DNA from: Naegleria gruberi
Lineage: Eukaryota
DNA: 64,000 nt
Reading direction: 5' to 3' (one strand)
Assembly: GCA_000004985.1 (NCBI GenBank)
Contig: GG738856.1
The translations under genes were made by a program, and so were the position numbers. The notes under the pieces were generated by a model. That model was not told where the DNA came from, ran no database searches, and saw nothing but the letters and a program-made list of their open reading frames with translations. Below, in pieces: positions 31,540 to 42,952 of the stretch (positions within the stretch are counted from its first letter, which is position 1; every line of letters begins with the position of its first letter).

Positions 31540-32466
31540 TTAGAATAATGAGAAAATAATCATGGCAACCATCAGGACAAAACCACCCAAACTCAATCCT
31601 GAAGCTCCACTAGTAGAACGATCTTTAGTCAAGGTTGTCAAAAGAGTTCCAAAGATATTCTCAGCTGTAATTGTAATACTGAAAGATTCAGCAGTAGTAG
31701 AAACAGGGAATGTAAAAATAGTTGAGCCAGAGTAGATGTTTAAAGTTGAAACAGTTGCAGAATAGGAAGCACTCTTAGCAGTTACAGTAATGGTAGAACC
31801 AGAATAGATCCACAACTTTCCATCATTTCCGTACAATTCAACCAAAACTTTCAACTTTCCATCTTGGAAATAACTTGTTGCATTAATATTATTCAATCCA
31901 ATATAACAAGTTCCAGTATACTTGTACTTGGTTGTGCAAGTAGTAGCATTAGCAACTGAAGATTCACATCTGTAAGTGGTAATGACATTTGGAGAATTGA
32001 AAATAGTTCCAGAAGCACTCAAACAATTGGTGGTTAAAGGACTTGGAGAAATTGGAACAGCAGTATTACCAGCATCAAACTTTCTGAATTCAGCTTCTTT
32101 GAAGTAGTATATTCTGTACATTTCTTTAGTATTGTCAGAACCCAAGTTGATAGAATTGGAGGCAAAGTTTCTGGAATCCAAACATGTAGTGTTAAACTTG
32201 TAGAATTGTTGGTTGACATCTGTGAAAGTGGTACAACCAGAACAAGCACAATCAAGGGAAGCTCTTGGAGCAGCGATGGATTTGAAATTGTTGTTGGATG
32301 GGAGGATGAATGATTTGGCTGAATCCATGGTTGACCTAACGAGAGGAGATGATTCTTCGTAGGTTGAACCCATTGGACCACCTAAACCTTTTTCAATGGA
32401 AATGGTGGAGCTTTGGACAAGTTGACACAAGACCAAGATGAGAGCGATAGCAATAATTGATTTCAT
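31540..32466 (-). CDS. S/T-rich cell-surface protein with signal peptide and GPI-anchor-like C-terminus
   Basis: MKSIIAIALILVLCQLVQSST signal peptide, a Cys/Ser/Thr/Asn-rich body, and a C-terminal ...SGASGLSLGGFVLMVAMIIFSLF hydrophobic tail after a small-residue omega region. Confidence 0.6.
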   Translation of the reverse strand: MKSIIAIALILVLCQLVQSSTISIEKGLGGPMGSTYEESSPLVRSTMDSAKSFILPSNNNFKSIAAPRASLDCACSGCTTFTDVNQQFYKFNTTCLDSRNFASNSINLGSDNTKEMYRIYYFKEAEFRKFDAGNTAVPISPSPLTTNCLSASGTIFNSPNVITTYRCESSVANATTCTTKYKYTGTCYIGLNNINATSYFQDGKLKVLVELYGNDGKLWIYSGSTITVTAKSASYSATVSTLNIYSGSTIFTFPVSTTAESFSITITAENIFGTLLTTLTKDRSTSGASGLSLGGFVLMVAMIIFSLF

Positions 32467-32880
32467 TTTGTTTTTTTCAATGGACTGTCCAGAGGCATGG
32501 TTGCGTTGTGAATTTAAATGTTTTTCACACTGTTACACTGCTTTATTGATGGGCTTCAAAATACATTTACTTTAGTCCAACACATGCCCTCTCATGGAAA
32601 GGGAATTTATTTTTTTCAAGTGAAAACCAATGAAATAGAGAGTTTACAACAGTTGAGTGAACATTTCTGTCTGAATATGGAAATTGGTTTTATCCAAAGG
32701 GCGAGGGTTCCATGATTTTAATTGGTTGCTGAAGAAGATTATGAACATTTTCCCTGTTTTTCAGTTGACTATTTGTTCAAACTTCAAGAGTTGTTGGAAA
32801 CCAAATGCCAACGCCCACAACTTTTTAAAGTGCATTCCTTAAACGGTAAGTGTCGTATTAACAAAAATTTTGTAAATAAT

Positions 32881-33798
32881 TTAATATTTATCTTTCAGGT
32901 CACGTACAGTTTGCAAGATTTTAACACTTGACCAAGTCTTTAAATCATCCTCAGTGGCAGAACCATCTTTAATCATCTTATCAAAGAATTCTCTTCTTGT
33001 TTCAAAAGATTCCAAGAGGGCTGCTTTAAAGTATGGATTGTACTCTTTCTCATCTTGCCATGTGGAAGGAACAGTTCCATGAGATTCCTCCATCAAGTTC
33101 TTATACTTGTTCAAATATTTTCTACTTGTTTCTGTATCAGAAATCTTATCCACAATGAATTGCATATTCTTGAGTGTATATTCATGACCACAACACAATA
33201 GCATTCTCTCTGGATCTTTAATTTCCTTATTCAATTTTACAATATTATCAAACATTTGTTGAGCAGTTCCTTCAAAGAATTTTCCACATCCTCCCACAAA
33301 GAATGTATCTCCACAGAATAAACAATCGAAATTGCCTCCCTCTTCATCTGATGTTCTGACAAGATAACAAACATGTCCATTGGTATGACATGGAGTGTGA
33401 TAAGCCTGAACCACAGTCTTATCATCAAAGATTGTAAATGACTCCAAATCACTCTTCAATTCTTGATTGACTCCTTCACATTCTCCATTTCCAACAACTT
33501 GTACTTTTTCCAATGATGAAAATTCCTTCCAATTCTTTACAAAATACAAATTACCTCCGGCATGATCCCAATGTTTATGAGTCGTCAGAATAGTAGAAAG
33601 ACTCTTTTGATTGAATAATGATTGTCCCTCATTGCTATTCAAATATTGATGAATCTTTTTAGAATCGGAAGGATCAACCATTGCATATTGATTAGTATGA
33701 TGATTGATCAGAAAATAACAATAATTATCGGAGAGGATTGGTAGAATATGCAGTGAGAGTTTGCGACTGAGAGGAATGGTGCGTGTATGGATGGACAT
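32881..33798 (-). CDS. hydroxyacylglutathione hydrolase (glyoxalase II, metallo-beta-lactamase fold)
   Basis: ILPILSDNYCYFLINH...AMVDP, THKHWDHAGGN (HxHxDH metal site), GHTNGHVCY, and CCGHEYT. 305 aa including a C-terminal extension. Confidence 0.85.
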   Translation of the reverse strand: MSIHTRTIPLSRKLSLHILPILSDNYCYFLINHHTNQYAMVDPSDSKKIHQYLNSNEGQSLFNQKSLSTILTTHKHWDHAGGNLYFVKNWKEFSSLEKVQVVGNGECEGVNQELKSDLESFTIFDDKTVVQAYHTPCHTNGHVCYLVRTSDEEGGNFDCLFCGDTFFVGGCGKFFEGTAQQMFDNIVKLNKEIKDPERMLLCCGHEYTLKNMQFIVDKISDTETSRKYLNKYKNLMEESHGTVPSTWQDEKEYNPYFKAALLESFETRREFFDKMIKDGSATEDDLKTWSSVKILQTVRDLKDKY

Positions 33799-33988
33799 TT
33801 TTTTTTTAATTTGAAAATTTAATAAATTTCAATCTTTGAGTGCGTATTAATTTATTTGGAAAGTTTACAATTTTGTAAAGAGAATTGGAATATTTTTTAA
33901 TGAGCGCGTGCGTACGCATCTGGATGAATATTTGCTCTTGTTGAATTGAGGGGATTGGCTTGGAAATGAATGAAAAAATTCAAATTTA

Positions 33989-35602
33989 CTATGGAAGTAT
34001 TTTCAAATAAGGAAAGTAAGGTTTACACTTTTTGAATTTCAAATCTAGTAAGGTACAATTATCTTTGAGGAATTGGGATTCATTCTTTCGTTTGTTAATT
34101 TTCTGCAATCGATCAAAATTAAACTTGCTAGCACCTATTATATTATCCGATTCTAAACTATTCGTTCTCCTGTAAAATAGAATATTTGAAAGTTGCAGCT
34201 TGTTGGAATTGGTAAACTCATACTTGGCTATTGTGAAAATTTTCTCATTCTCGCAGACAACACATAATAATTCCATTTTTGGAAGTCTCTTCAATATTTC
34301 AATGAATTCAGAAAGCTCACTTTCATTCTCTATTGAAACACTAATTGAGAATATTCTAGAATTGAACCAACATGACTCGAATTCAGAGAATTTGATACAA
34401 ATCGGATCTTTGATCACTATTTCAGTTTGTTGTAAGGTAGTTTGTGAGTTCAGTAGTTTGAATAAACTGACACCATCAACAGATTGATGAAATATTACAG
34501 TTTTGATCATTTTTTGATTAACTTGTTCTATAATTCTAGATAGGAATGGAAGAACAGATGCATTTCCTTGAATTTCCAATTGTTTCACTTTAAACTTTTC
34601 ATGATTGACTAATTTTTCAAACTTGTGCAAATTATATGAAGTTAATTGACATTTAAACAAGTTCAAACAAACATCATCATGAACCTTCTTCCACTTGATA
34701 CTGAAAATTGATCCAACAATCAAATTTTCCACTCTGAAATATTTCAATAAAACATGCATCCTTATTGGAATTAAACATGTTATTGTTGGAATTGGGATTC
34801 CTTTCCTTTTTTTCATCATGTGGATGATATTTGGTAAATTGAGTGATGTATTCTCATTCAGATTGAAAGTATTTTCAATTTGCAAATGTTTCATTTTGGT
34901 AAATTGTTGTTGATTTTCAATATTTTCAAGAAAATGTTCCAAAATTTTGCTCATCTCGCTAACATTACTATAATAATGAACATTGAATGCCAAACTTCTC
35001 AAATGTTTGAAACTTTCAATGGTGGGAATTTGATAAAACTTTGGATTTCCAATTATGGAAAATTTCACAACCTTCTTGAATGGCAAAGAGCTCTTAATTT
35101 TTTCCACCAGAACATTCCCACTCCCCACAACATACACTGAAAAGTTCTCATCATGAACTTGATCCACACTCTCACTACCCTCCACATCTTCACTCAAATT
35201 TAACACAGCATGATTTGCATTCCTCTTACATGCCACATCCACATGAAGAATGTTTTCATCCAAATGACTATCATACTTGATGTGTATTGGTAAATAACAA
35301 CAGCAAATTTGTCGAAAGTATCGACAGACATGACTAAGGCAATTCATCACTTCATCATGACAAAACCACTTGAACACATTTTCATAGACAAAATCTGGAT
35401 GAAACTGTTCCAACAAGATGTAATACTCCATCAATTTCTGCCTATTCTGCTGTTGCTGCTGCTGATGATGATGTTGATGTGTAAGTGTTGTTGTTGCTGA
35501 ATTGGATTGTCTTCTCCGAAAGGGTTTCATAAATCGTGTTTCCTCTCCATCTTCATTACAGACAATCCATCCCATGCAAGAAGTCAATGTTTCCTTCATC
35601 AT
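33989..35602 (-). CDS. polyQ / F-box-like hypothetical protein, member B of the 2-copy family
   Basis: 537 aa: HQHHHQQQQQQNRQ, the F-box-like FVYENVFKWFCHDEVMNCLSHVCRYFRQICCCYLP, and the block LRSLAFNVHYYSNVSEMSKILEHFLENIEN paralogous to 12779..14149. Confidence 0.65.
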   Translation of the reverse strand: MMKETLTSCMGWIVCNEDGEETRFMKPFRRRQSNSATTTLTHQHHHQQQQQQNRQKLMEYYILLEQFHPDFVYENVFKWFCHDEVMNCLSHVCRYFRQICCCYLPIHIKYDSHLDENILHVDVACKRNANHAVLNLSEDVEGSESVDQVHDENFSVYVVGSGNVLVEKIKSSLPFKKVVKFSIIGNPKFYQIPTIESFKHLRSLAFNVHYYSNVSEMSKILEHFLENIENQQQFTKMKHLQIENTFNLNENTSLNLPNIIHMMKKRKGIPIPTITCLIPIRMHVLLKYFRVENLIVGSIFSIKWKKVHDDVCLNLFKCQLTSYNLHKFEKLVNHEKFKVKQLEIQGNASVLPFLSRIIEQVNQKMIKTVIFHQSVDGVSLFKLLNSQTTLQQTEIVIKDPICIKFSEFESCWFNSRIFSISVSIENESELSEFIEILKRLPKMELLCVVCENEKIFTIAKYEFTNSNKLQLSNILFYRRTNSLESDNIIGASKFNFDRLQKINKRKNESQFLKDNCTLLDLKFKKCKPYFPYLKILP

Positions 35603-36135
35603 GTTATATGTACTCTTATTCCTTTCTAATGATGATGATGATGATTAAAATAGTAAGTTGATATTGAATATTAAGGTTTTGCTGTTTTTTCTTCTTCTAT
35701 AATTTAAGTCCATTGAATGAACATGAACACCCTTTTCGCCCTAATTGATATATAGTCCAAATGGAGTTGATCTCTTTCTCTTATATCCCTTCTTACTGTA
35801 TTCAAAGTGACTGTAATGCAAAAAGAGGTGCAGTTTGTGATCATGTGATAGTGAGGAAGGATGTTGTGATGTTAATGCTGTGTGCACACAGTATAGGAAG
35901 AATACAACGTAAGGAGCATGATGTAGTGATTTGGATTCAATATATCTCTTGGGATCTTTTGGATTTTAAAGAAAATATGGATTAAGAGTTGAAAGGGTTA
36001 TTAAGGAAATTTTGAGGAATGGAGATATGATTGAATAATGGAACGTCTTGATTTGGGAGTGTATTAAGTAATAATATTGTAATTAAATTATTTAATATTT
36101 AATTATTTAAATATTTAAATAGTATTTAAAAAAAA

Positions 36136-37782
36136 ATGTCAAAAGATGATCGGCACATATCGGGATTTAACAATACAATAACTTATCAACAAGATGCCGG
36201 CACGACTGATGCAACGACGAACAGGATAGCTCTCACCGAACAATCATCCCTTCTCCATCATCAGGAAAATAATAATTTAAATAATAATCGTGATGATGAT
36301 GAGGAAAATCACACTTTGGAAGGCTTTGAAAATTCAAATCACATCGAGGATGATAATGAGAATTATTTAAATAATTACTTTACCCAATCAATTTCTAAAC
36401 ATTATAGGAAAACTCTCTACTCTCAATGTTTTGCCTTGATTTTGAATAGGAGAATTGAAAATGTTGCCTCCTTTATGTGTTCGATTGTTTTGGCAGTAGC
36501 TTTGGCCATGATTGCGTCGACACTCTCGGCCACTCACACAATGATTGAAGATGCCGACTGTACTGCTGCATTACAAGTGAAGGAGATGTGTAAGGTGTGG
36601 AGTAGTGAATTGAACTGTACGAGATATGATGGACAAGAGTTGAGGATTGGTGGATATGTATTTGATGAGAGTTCTCTCTTTTATGCCAACGTAAATAGGA
36701 GCAAATCGATGGGAAGGTGGTACCAGCGAAATAGTATTGCATTGGCTTGTCCTGTTTTGTGTAGTTCGGATAATGTAACTTGGAGTTATAAGGATTGTGA
36801 AAATGTGGAAAATCAAACACTCATTGATAATGTTTGTTTAAAGTTCGATTCAGTCTTTTGCTCTGCGAACATGTTGGTAGAAGAAACGATATTTTCAGTA
36901 TTTGCCAAATTGAAGGACAGTAGCTTTGATGTATGGTTATCTTTTGCACCACTTCAATCACCAATTGTAATTTTATTGTTGAAGGCATTCATGTCTATTC
37001 CTTCAAGTATTTTCAAAATTGATCATATGCTGTATATTTTGGTACCATTCTTCATGTCTTGGATTGCTGTCAAGGCGAGAATTCTTGCCATTTTGGGAGT
37101 TTATAATGTGGCTGAAGAGGCTGTGCCTTTTATATTCTCAATTATTTTACAATTATTGTCTGATATTATATTCCCCTTCTTTGGAGCTTTTTTTGAAACC
37201 ATTGGTCACATGTTGGGAAAATTAGGAAGCAAGATTGCTCAATCATGTAAACCACCAAAAGAAGACGATTGTTGTTACTGCTGTGTGAATTGTCCACCAT
37301 GCCCAACTTGTCATTTTGGATTAATTGAATATTTCAATACGGATATTTCTATTGCTGATTATATTTTCCCAGATAGAAAAGGAAGGTATTATACCATGTT
37401 TTCAATTTGGTTTGGAACTCACAAAGAAAATGAAATACCAACGTCAAAGGATTACGGATACATTGGAGGATGGAGAATATTCATTGGAATTGTTATTGTG
37501 ATGGTTTGCATTCTTGCCATGACCATCATTGTGATTATCAACAACTTTTTCCCAATTCTGAGTCATGAACGAATTATGATTGTCTATTTCTTTTTATTTT
37601 ACTCTGTTTTACATCATTCTTATGGATTTATCAGCGTCATTCTCTACTTGATTCACATGAAAAGAGGAAAGAATATGTATATTAGGGTCGTATTTTTACT
37701 GGTTAGAGTAATTGGATTATTCTTGATTATTGGAACAATGTTTCACTTTGCATTTATTGAATTTTTCCCTTATACTTGGTAA
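36136..37782 (+). CDS. multi-pass membrane protein with a Cys-rich cluster (hypothetical)
   Basis: 548 aa. An acidic/N-rich N-terminus is followed by several predicted TM helices (SIVLAVALAMIASTL; ILVPFFMSWIAV; IVIVMVCILAMTIIVII; VVFLLVRVIGLFLIIG) and a CCYCCVNCPPCPTC motif. Confidence 0.6.
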   Translation: MSKDDRHISGFNNTITYQQDAGTTDATTNRIALTEQSSLLHHQENNNLNNNRDDDEENHTLEGFENSNHIEDDNENYLNNYFTQSISKHYRKTLYSQCFALILNRRIENVASFMCSIVLAVALAMIASTLSATHTMIEDADCTAALQVKEMCKVWSSELNCTRYDGQELRIGGYVFDESSLFYANVNRSKSMGRWYQRNSIALACPVLCSSDNVTWSYKDCENVENQTLIDNVCLKFDSVFCSANMLVEETIFSVFAKLKDSSFDVWLSFAPLQSPIVILLLKAFMSIPSSIFKIDHMLYILVPFFMSWIAVKARILAILGVYNVAEEAVPFIFSIILQLLSDIIFPFFGAFFETIGHMLGKLGSKIAQSCKPPKEDDCCYCCVNCPPCPTCHFGLIEYFNTDISIADYIFPDRKGRYYTMFSIWFGTHKENEIPTSKDYGYIGGWRIFIGIVIVMVCILAMTIIVIINNFFPILSHERIMIVYFFLFYSVLHHSYGFISVILYLIHMKRGKNMYIRVVFLLVRVIGLFLIIGTMFHFAFIEFFPYTW

Positions 37783-37817
37783 TAATTTAACCAATACATG
37801 TGTATAATTGAAAGAAA

Positions 37818-38516
37818 TTAATCAATACACCAACCAACTCCAATGCTCTCTGCAAAATCATAATCATTAACAATATCCAATCCTGCACATTTCATCAATT
37901 CAGTAACGATTTCAAAAAATTCACCTTCCAAAGCAGCATGTAGAGGTGTAATCCTCCTTTCTATATGTCCTTCTTCAGTATTTTCACACGATTGATTCTC
38001 TAAATCAATTGGACCCAAATTAACATCCAAACCAGGTTGCTGAATTAAAAGCTCTACAATTTCCAAATTACCATTCTTACACGCCTGATACAGAGGAGAT
38101 TCTCCTGCATTGATATCAATTGGAAGTGAGGAACATGTCAGAAGAGTTTTGACTACTTCTGTATTATTATTTTTACAAGCAATATATAATGGACTGGTTG
38201 TGGAGTTTCCCTTGTTGATGTCAATTTGAGGATGAGATAATATTTCTAAAATTACATCTATCTGGCCTTTATTTGAAGCAATGTAGAGAGGTGTGCCAGA
38301 AATTGAGCTTTGATTCACGTCAATATTTTGTTGGGATAGCAAATATTTGACAATTTCTAAATTTGAATTTTGACAAGCAAGTGTCAATAAGGTTTCTTGC
38401 TCTTTTGAAAGACTTTTTAATATTTCATCAGACAGGAATGTCATTTGGAGTTTTTCCAAATCACCTTCTTTAATACACGAAACTGCTTGGTCAAAACATA
38501 GTTTGTCATTTGCCAT
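37818..38516 (-). CDS. ankyrin-repeat protein
   Basis: At least 5 ANK repeats (TPLYIASNKGQIDVILEILSHPQIDIN; SPLYIACKNNNTEVVKTLL; SPLYQACKNGNLEIVELLIQQPGLDVN; TPLHAALEGEFFEIVTELM). Confidence 0.8.
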   Translation of the reverse strand: MANDKLCFDQAVSCIKEGDLEKLQMTFLSDEILKSLSKEQETLLTLACQNSNLEIVKYLLSQQNIDVNQSSISGTPLYIASNKGQIDVILEILSHPQIDINKGNSTTSPLYIACKNNNTEVVKTLLTCSSLPIDINAGESPLYQACKNGNLEIVELLIQQPGLDVNLGPIDLENQSCENTEEGHIERRITPLHAALEGEFFEIVTELMKCAGLDIVNDYDFAESIGVGWCID

Positions 38517-38639
38517 TTTTTAAAAAGAATTGAAGCTGTAATTATTTACCACAAGCATCATTGCAAGTCAGATCTCTCTCAATATTCTTGAAAATAAATG
38601 ACATCGGCCTTAGAAACTCAATTATCAACAGGAGTTTAT

Positions 38640-40541
38640 TTAAAAGAAGTTTCTATTGTCCATGAAGATATTGTTTGGATCTAAAGTTCTCTTGGATGCA
38701 ACAAATTGATTATATGAACATTTTCCAAAGTACTTCTTCCAATCACTATTACCAAAATCTGGAATATAATTAGAGGCATAAAGGGTAGCACGTGGACGAT
38801 CGAATTGGAATACAGATCTAGTCATATCATCCCAAATCTTTCTATTGTCAAAAGCTTGATAATTCAATCCAGCATCAGTTCCAAATGCATCATCTCTACC
38901 GACAACCATCAAATAACTCCACTTTGAAGTGGTTGGAACTGAAAGGAATGGCAATGAGGCTGATGTAAAGAGAGGTGATGTTAAAATTGGATAAAGACCG
39001 ATGTGTCCAAAACCAGTTGATTTGAGTGGTGTGAATCTATCAATAAGTCTGTCAAAATCACTCTTTCCAGTTTCGTCTCTAACAAAAACATCACCTGCCA
39101 AATAAATATTAAGCCATGGATGACGTTGTGTCCAAGCACCAGTTTGAATTAAAGCTGGTAAACTGAAATAGTACAATCTTTCATCCCAAATATTGGTTGG
39201 CATATCATCAACAACAGCCAAATCAAATGTTTCATCACATAAGGCAGCAATTTGTTCAAGGCTTTCAGCAGTACTATCAAATCTCTTGGTCATTTCCAAT
39301 AAATAAATGTAAGTCAATCCTTGAGAAACCAAAGCATTAACTTGAGCTTCTTCTTCTGGTGAACGGTAAGTGGTACGTCCATTCAAAACCCAATTAATGA
39401 TAAAATCTAAAGTTCCTGGAACGATAAAGGTTTGGACAGTATTAACATGGACACTTCCTTGGTTGACTTGTTGAATCTTGTCAACAGCTCTCAACAATAC
39501 ATTAATATCAGTTGAGACATAGTGGTAAATACGAGTGAATGGATGATTAGGTTCCAAATTAATACGAACACGAGTCATGATACCAAATTGACCCATACCT
39601 CCCAAAACAGATTTGAACAAATTGGAGGTTGGAGTAACAGTAAGAACATCTCCATCACTATTAACAACTTCCAATTCAGCAACGTGGTGAGCACAGAGAC
39701 CTCTGAAAGCAGAGTCACCTCCAACACCTCCAATTGACAATGATCCACCCAATGTAATTCCAAAATAGTCAGGAGCAACATAAGGTCTCAATCCAAGAGT
39801 TGCAGCAGCACGAGTAAAAGCAAGCCAAGTGGCACCAGCTGAAGCCCACAATGACTTTTGACTTCCAACAGTAGTAGCTTGAGTAGCAACAGAGTTCAAT
39901 CTAGATCCCAAATCCAAGAGAATTTGCAATGGTGGAATAGTATTATCATCATCCAATTCTTGCTTGGAAATCAAAGTGGCAACATCAACAATTTGTGAAC
40001 CACCTTCAACATTACCTCCTGCACCTCTAATAACAATCTTGACAGGAGCAAATTGACTATTACAAGGTACAGACTTGACAGCCTTGACCAACTTGGCAAC
40101 TAATGCAGTTGTGCTTGGAACAACAACCACCATTGGAGTATTGTGAACTATGTGTCCATAATCTTCAGCATACTTTCTCAAAGTAGCTTCTTGACCATTT
40201 CCACCCAACAAGGACGAAATGATAAAATTGTCAGCCTTTTCAGAAGCACTGAATGATAACAAGACCTTTTGAAGAGAAATCTTGAAGGCATTCAAAACAC
40301 TAGTTGAAGGAACAGTACATCTAGTGGATGTAAAGTTGAAGGCATTATATTCGAAAGGATCAAAAGCAGCATATGGAGCAAAATTTGGATCAGAAACTCC
40401 AGACGAAGCAACCAGAGCAGATTGAGTCAGGGAAGTAGTGGTAAAAGTTGTGGCAGTATGGAAAGCAACTGGAGCATTAGCAGCCAAAGTACCTACACTG
40501 CAAATAGTTGCAATCAATACCAATCCAATGATCAATTTCAT
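38640..40541 (-). CDS. secreted FAD-linked oxidase, cytokinin-dehydrogenase (CKX)-like, PCMH-type FAD-binding domain
   Basis: Signal peptide MKLIIGLVLIATICSVGTLA. FAD-binding motifs IVIRGAGGNVEGGS and LGGSLSIGGVGG. GGMGQFGIMTRVRINLEPNHP matches the CKX-family GGLGQFGIITRARIxLEPAP. The C-terminus RTLDPNNIFMDNRNFF is CKX/BBE-like. Confidence 0.75.
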   Translation of the reverse strand: MKLIIGLVLIATICSVGTLAANAPVAFHTATTFTTTSLTQSALVASSGVSDPNFAPYAAFDPFEYNAFNFTSTRCTVPSTSVLNAFKISLQKVLLSFSASEKADNFIISSLLGGNGQEATLRKYAEDYGHIVHNTPMVVVVPSTTALVAKLVKAVKSVPCNSQFAPVKIVIRGAGGNVEGGSQIVDVATLISKQELDDDNTIPPLQILLDLGSRLNSVATQATTVGSQKSLWASAGATWLAFTRAAATLGLRPYVAPDYFGITLGGSLSIGGVGGDSAFRGLCAHHVAELEVVNSDGDVLTVTPTSNLFKSVLGGMGQFGIMTRVRINLEPNHPFTRIYHYVSTDINVLLRAVDKIQQVNQGSVHVNTVQTFIVPGTLDFIINWVLNGRTTYRSPEEEAQVNALVSQGLTYIYLLEMTKRFDSTAESLEQIAALCDETFDLAVVDDMPTNIWDERLYYFSLPALIQTGAWTQRHPWLNIYLAGDVFVRDETGKSDFDRLIDRFTPLKSTGFGHIGLYPILTSPLFTSASLPFLSVPTTSKWSYLMVVGRDDAFGTDAGLNYQAFDNRKIWDDMTRSVFQFDRPRATLYASNYIPDFGNSDWKKYFGKCSYNQFVASKRTLDPNNIFMDNRNFF

Positions 40542-42503
40542 TATCCTTGTGTGATCTGTGTTTCATCATCATCATCATCATCATTATATATAAAGTTTTA
40601 ATCCAAATAAGAATTATATCCCAAACATGAATATTGGATAAGTCCATGGTCATTATCAAATTAATAGTAAAGATGACATCCAGATCAGAAGCGCATTCCG
40701 TAGTTAGAAGAGAAATATGATCAACGCAGTAGTAGAAGAAAGCAGATCATCAAATTGATATTGTTGTGATGAAGAGGTTGAGGGTAAGAAAAGGCAGCTG
40801 TAATTATGTAACGTACCTAACTGAAAATTGGAGGCAAATAAATTAGAGGTTTTTTTTACTGTGATGATAATAATACCAAAAAATTGTCTTTCACTTCTCT
40901 CTCATCAAATATGAAGAGTTTTGGAATTATTTCATAGAAGAGGAAGGTAAATACCGAAAAATATTTTGTTTATCAGTGATGGAAGTGCATTATTGAATGA
41001 AAGTGATGGTGAATTTTGATAGAGGAAAAATTGAAGTGATTGTGTGGGTGCTTTCCGATGATGAGATTGTGTTCATGGTATTAATAATGATGACTACCAC
41101 CTAGTTATGCAAGTAATTTGAATTCGGCATCAACATTATTAAATTTATTTAGAAGGATATGAATTTCATGTGGCTTATCTTGTTAAACAATGTTTTGTTA
41201 CTGCAACAGAGCTTCTAATTAGAAGAGTATTATGTACTATTATTACGAAACAACAAGTATGCAGTCACGGTTGCACTACAGTTTTGATAGTATTGTAAAC
41301 CAGAATTTACTGTAATTCACTGTGATTTTTTGATTCTTTTTGGAATTATTAAGCTGTTACTTGACATTGGAACATTTTCTCTTTACAACACAGCACTAGA
41401 TCTGTAAAAAATCTAAATTGAACACCTCTATTATAATTTTGAAGAAATAATAATAAAAGAAATTCATCAAAACAATCAATTACTAATTTCTTTACAATGC
41501 ACAATCGTGTCATTTCCAGACTTCTTTTTCAAGCTAGTACAACTCCAGCTATTTGATATGAGCTGATGAAATACCTTCTATCTCAATTAATTTAACAGAT
41601 GTTGAATACAGAGAGAATATATCAGTGGAAAATATCTACTTCTAATGAATGTTTCTCATCCCTTATTCATTGAATATAATAGTATAGTATCACAAATATT
41701 AAAAGTAAAATATCCAATAATAGTGAAAATTACTGGAAAATATAATTATCTGGTAGAGAATGGATGAATGACATGCTGTTCGTGATGTTTCAGTGAGAAG
41801 ACAATATCCACATCATGAGAAAAACAATAAAAACATGAAAATATCAGATATCCATGATTTTCACAAATTATGCTACAAGACTCGAAATTATACATTTAAT
41901 AACATAATAAACATTATGAATTGTTTTATTATTATTGTTTGATTTGTAATTGGGCCATGAATCAACTCTGGCAGCATCAAATATCGGAACTTGGTAAATT
42001 GACAACATGATGAAAATCTGATAATAAATATGATGTTTATTATCTATTTAAATAGTAGTACTAAAAGACATGATTCAAGTTGGTGAAGTACATGTTGAGT
42101 TAATGGTGCATGTACTTTTTCAAAATCACAATGTACCTATCCCTATCATAACTTGACCAAAATTGATAAGAGAAAATTCTCCTACCTACTATTGACCATT
42201 CCGAACGATACTACATTCACAGTTTTCCAACTTGTCCAGTAGATCCAGCAGTGATGATGAATTTAGTGAAAATTTTGACATTTCTCCAAAATTACATTAC
42301 TAACAATTAATTTCCACAAATACTATTATTATATTGATGGAAAACAATAATGATGATGGTTGGTGAATGATCCGATGATGGAACACCAAATTGTGATTTT
42401 CCATCATGAAAAATAAATTCCAATTTCATGATGATAATCCACCAATAAAAATTACTATTATTACTACTATATAGATCATGTTGAGATGATGATGTGAAAG
42501 TTG

Positions 42504-42952
42504 NNNNNNNNNNNNNNNNNNNNNNNNNNNNNNNNNNNNNNNNNNNNNNNNNNNNNNNNNNNNNNNNNNNNNNNNNNNNNNNNNNNNNNNNNNNNNNNNN
42601 NNNNNNNNNNNNNNNNNNNNNNNNNNNNNNNNNNNNNNNNNNNNNNNNNNNNNNNNNNNNNNNNNNNNNNNNNNNNNNNNNNNNNNNNNNNNNNNNNNNN
42701 NNNNNNNNNNNNNNNNNNNNNNNNNNNNNNNNNNNNNNNNNNNNNNNNNNNNNNNNNNNNNNNNNNNNNNNNNNNNNNNNNNNNNNNNNNNNNNNNNNNN
42801 NNNNNNNNNNNNNNNNNNNNNNNNNNNNNNNNNNNNNNNNNNNNNNNNNNNNNNNNNNNNNNNNNNNNNNNNNNNNNNNNNNNNNNNNNNNNNNNNNNNN
42901 NNNNNNNNNNNNNNNNNNNNNNNNNNNNNNNNNNNNNNNNNNNNNNNNNNNN
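42504..42952. other. assembly gap (N run)
   Basis: Contiguous N characters. Confidence 0.99.
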
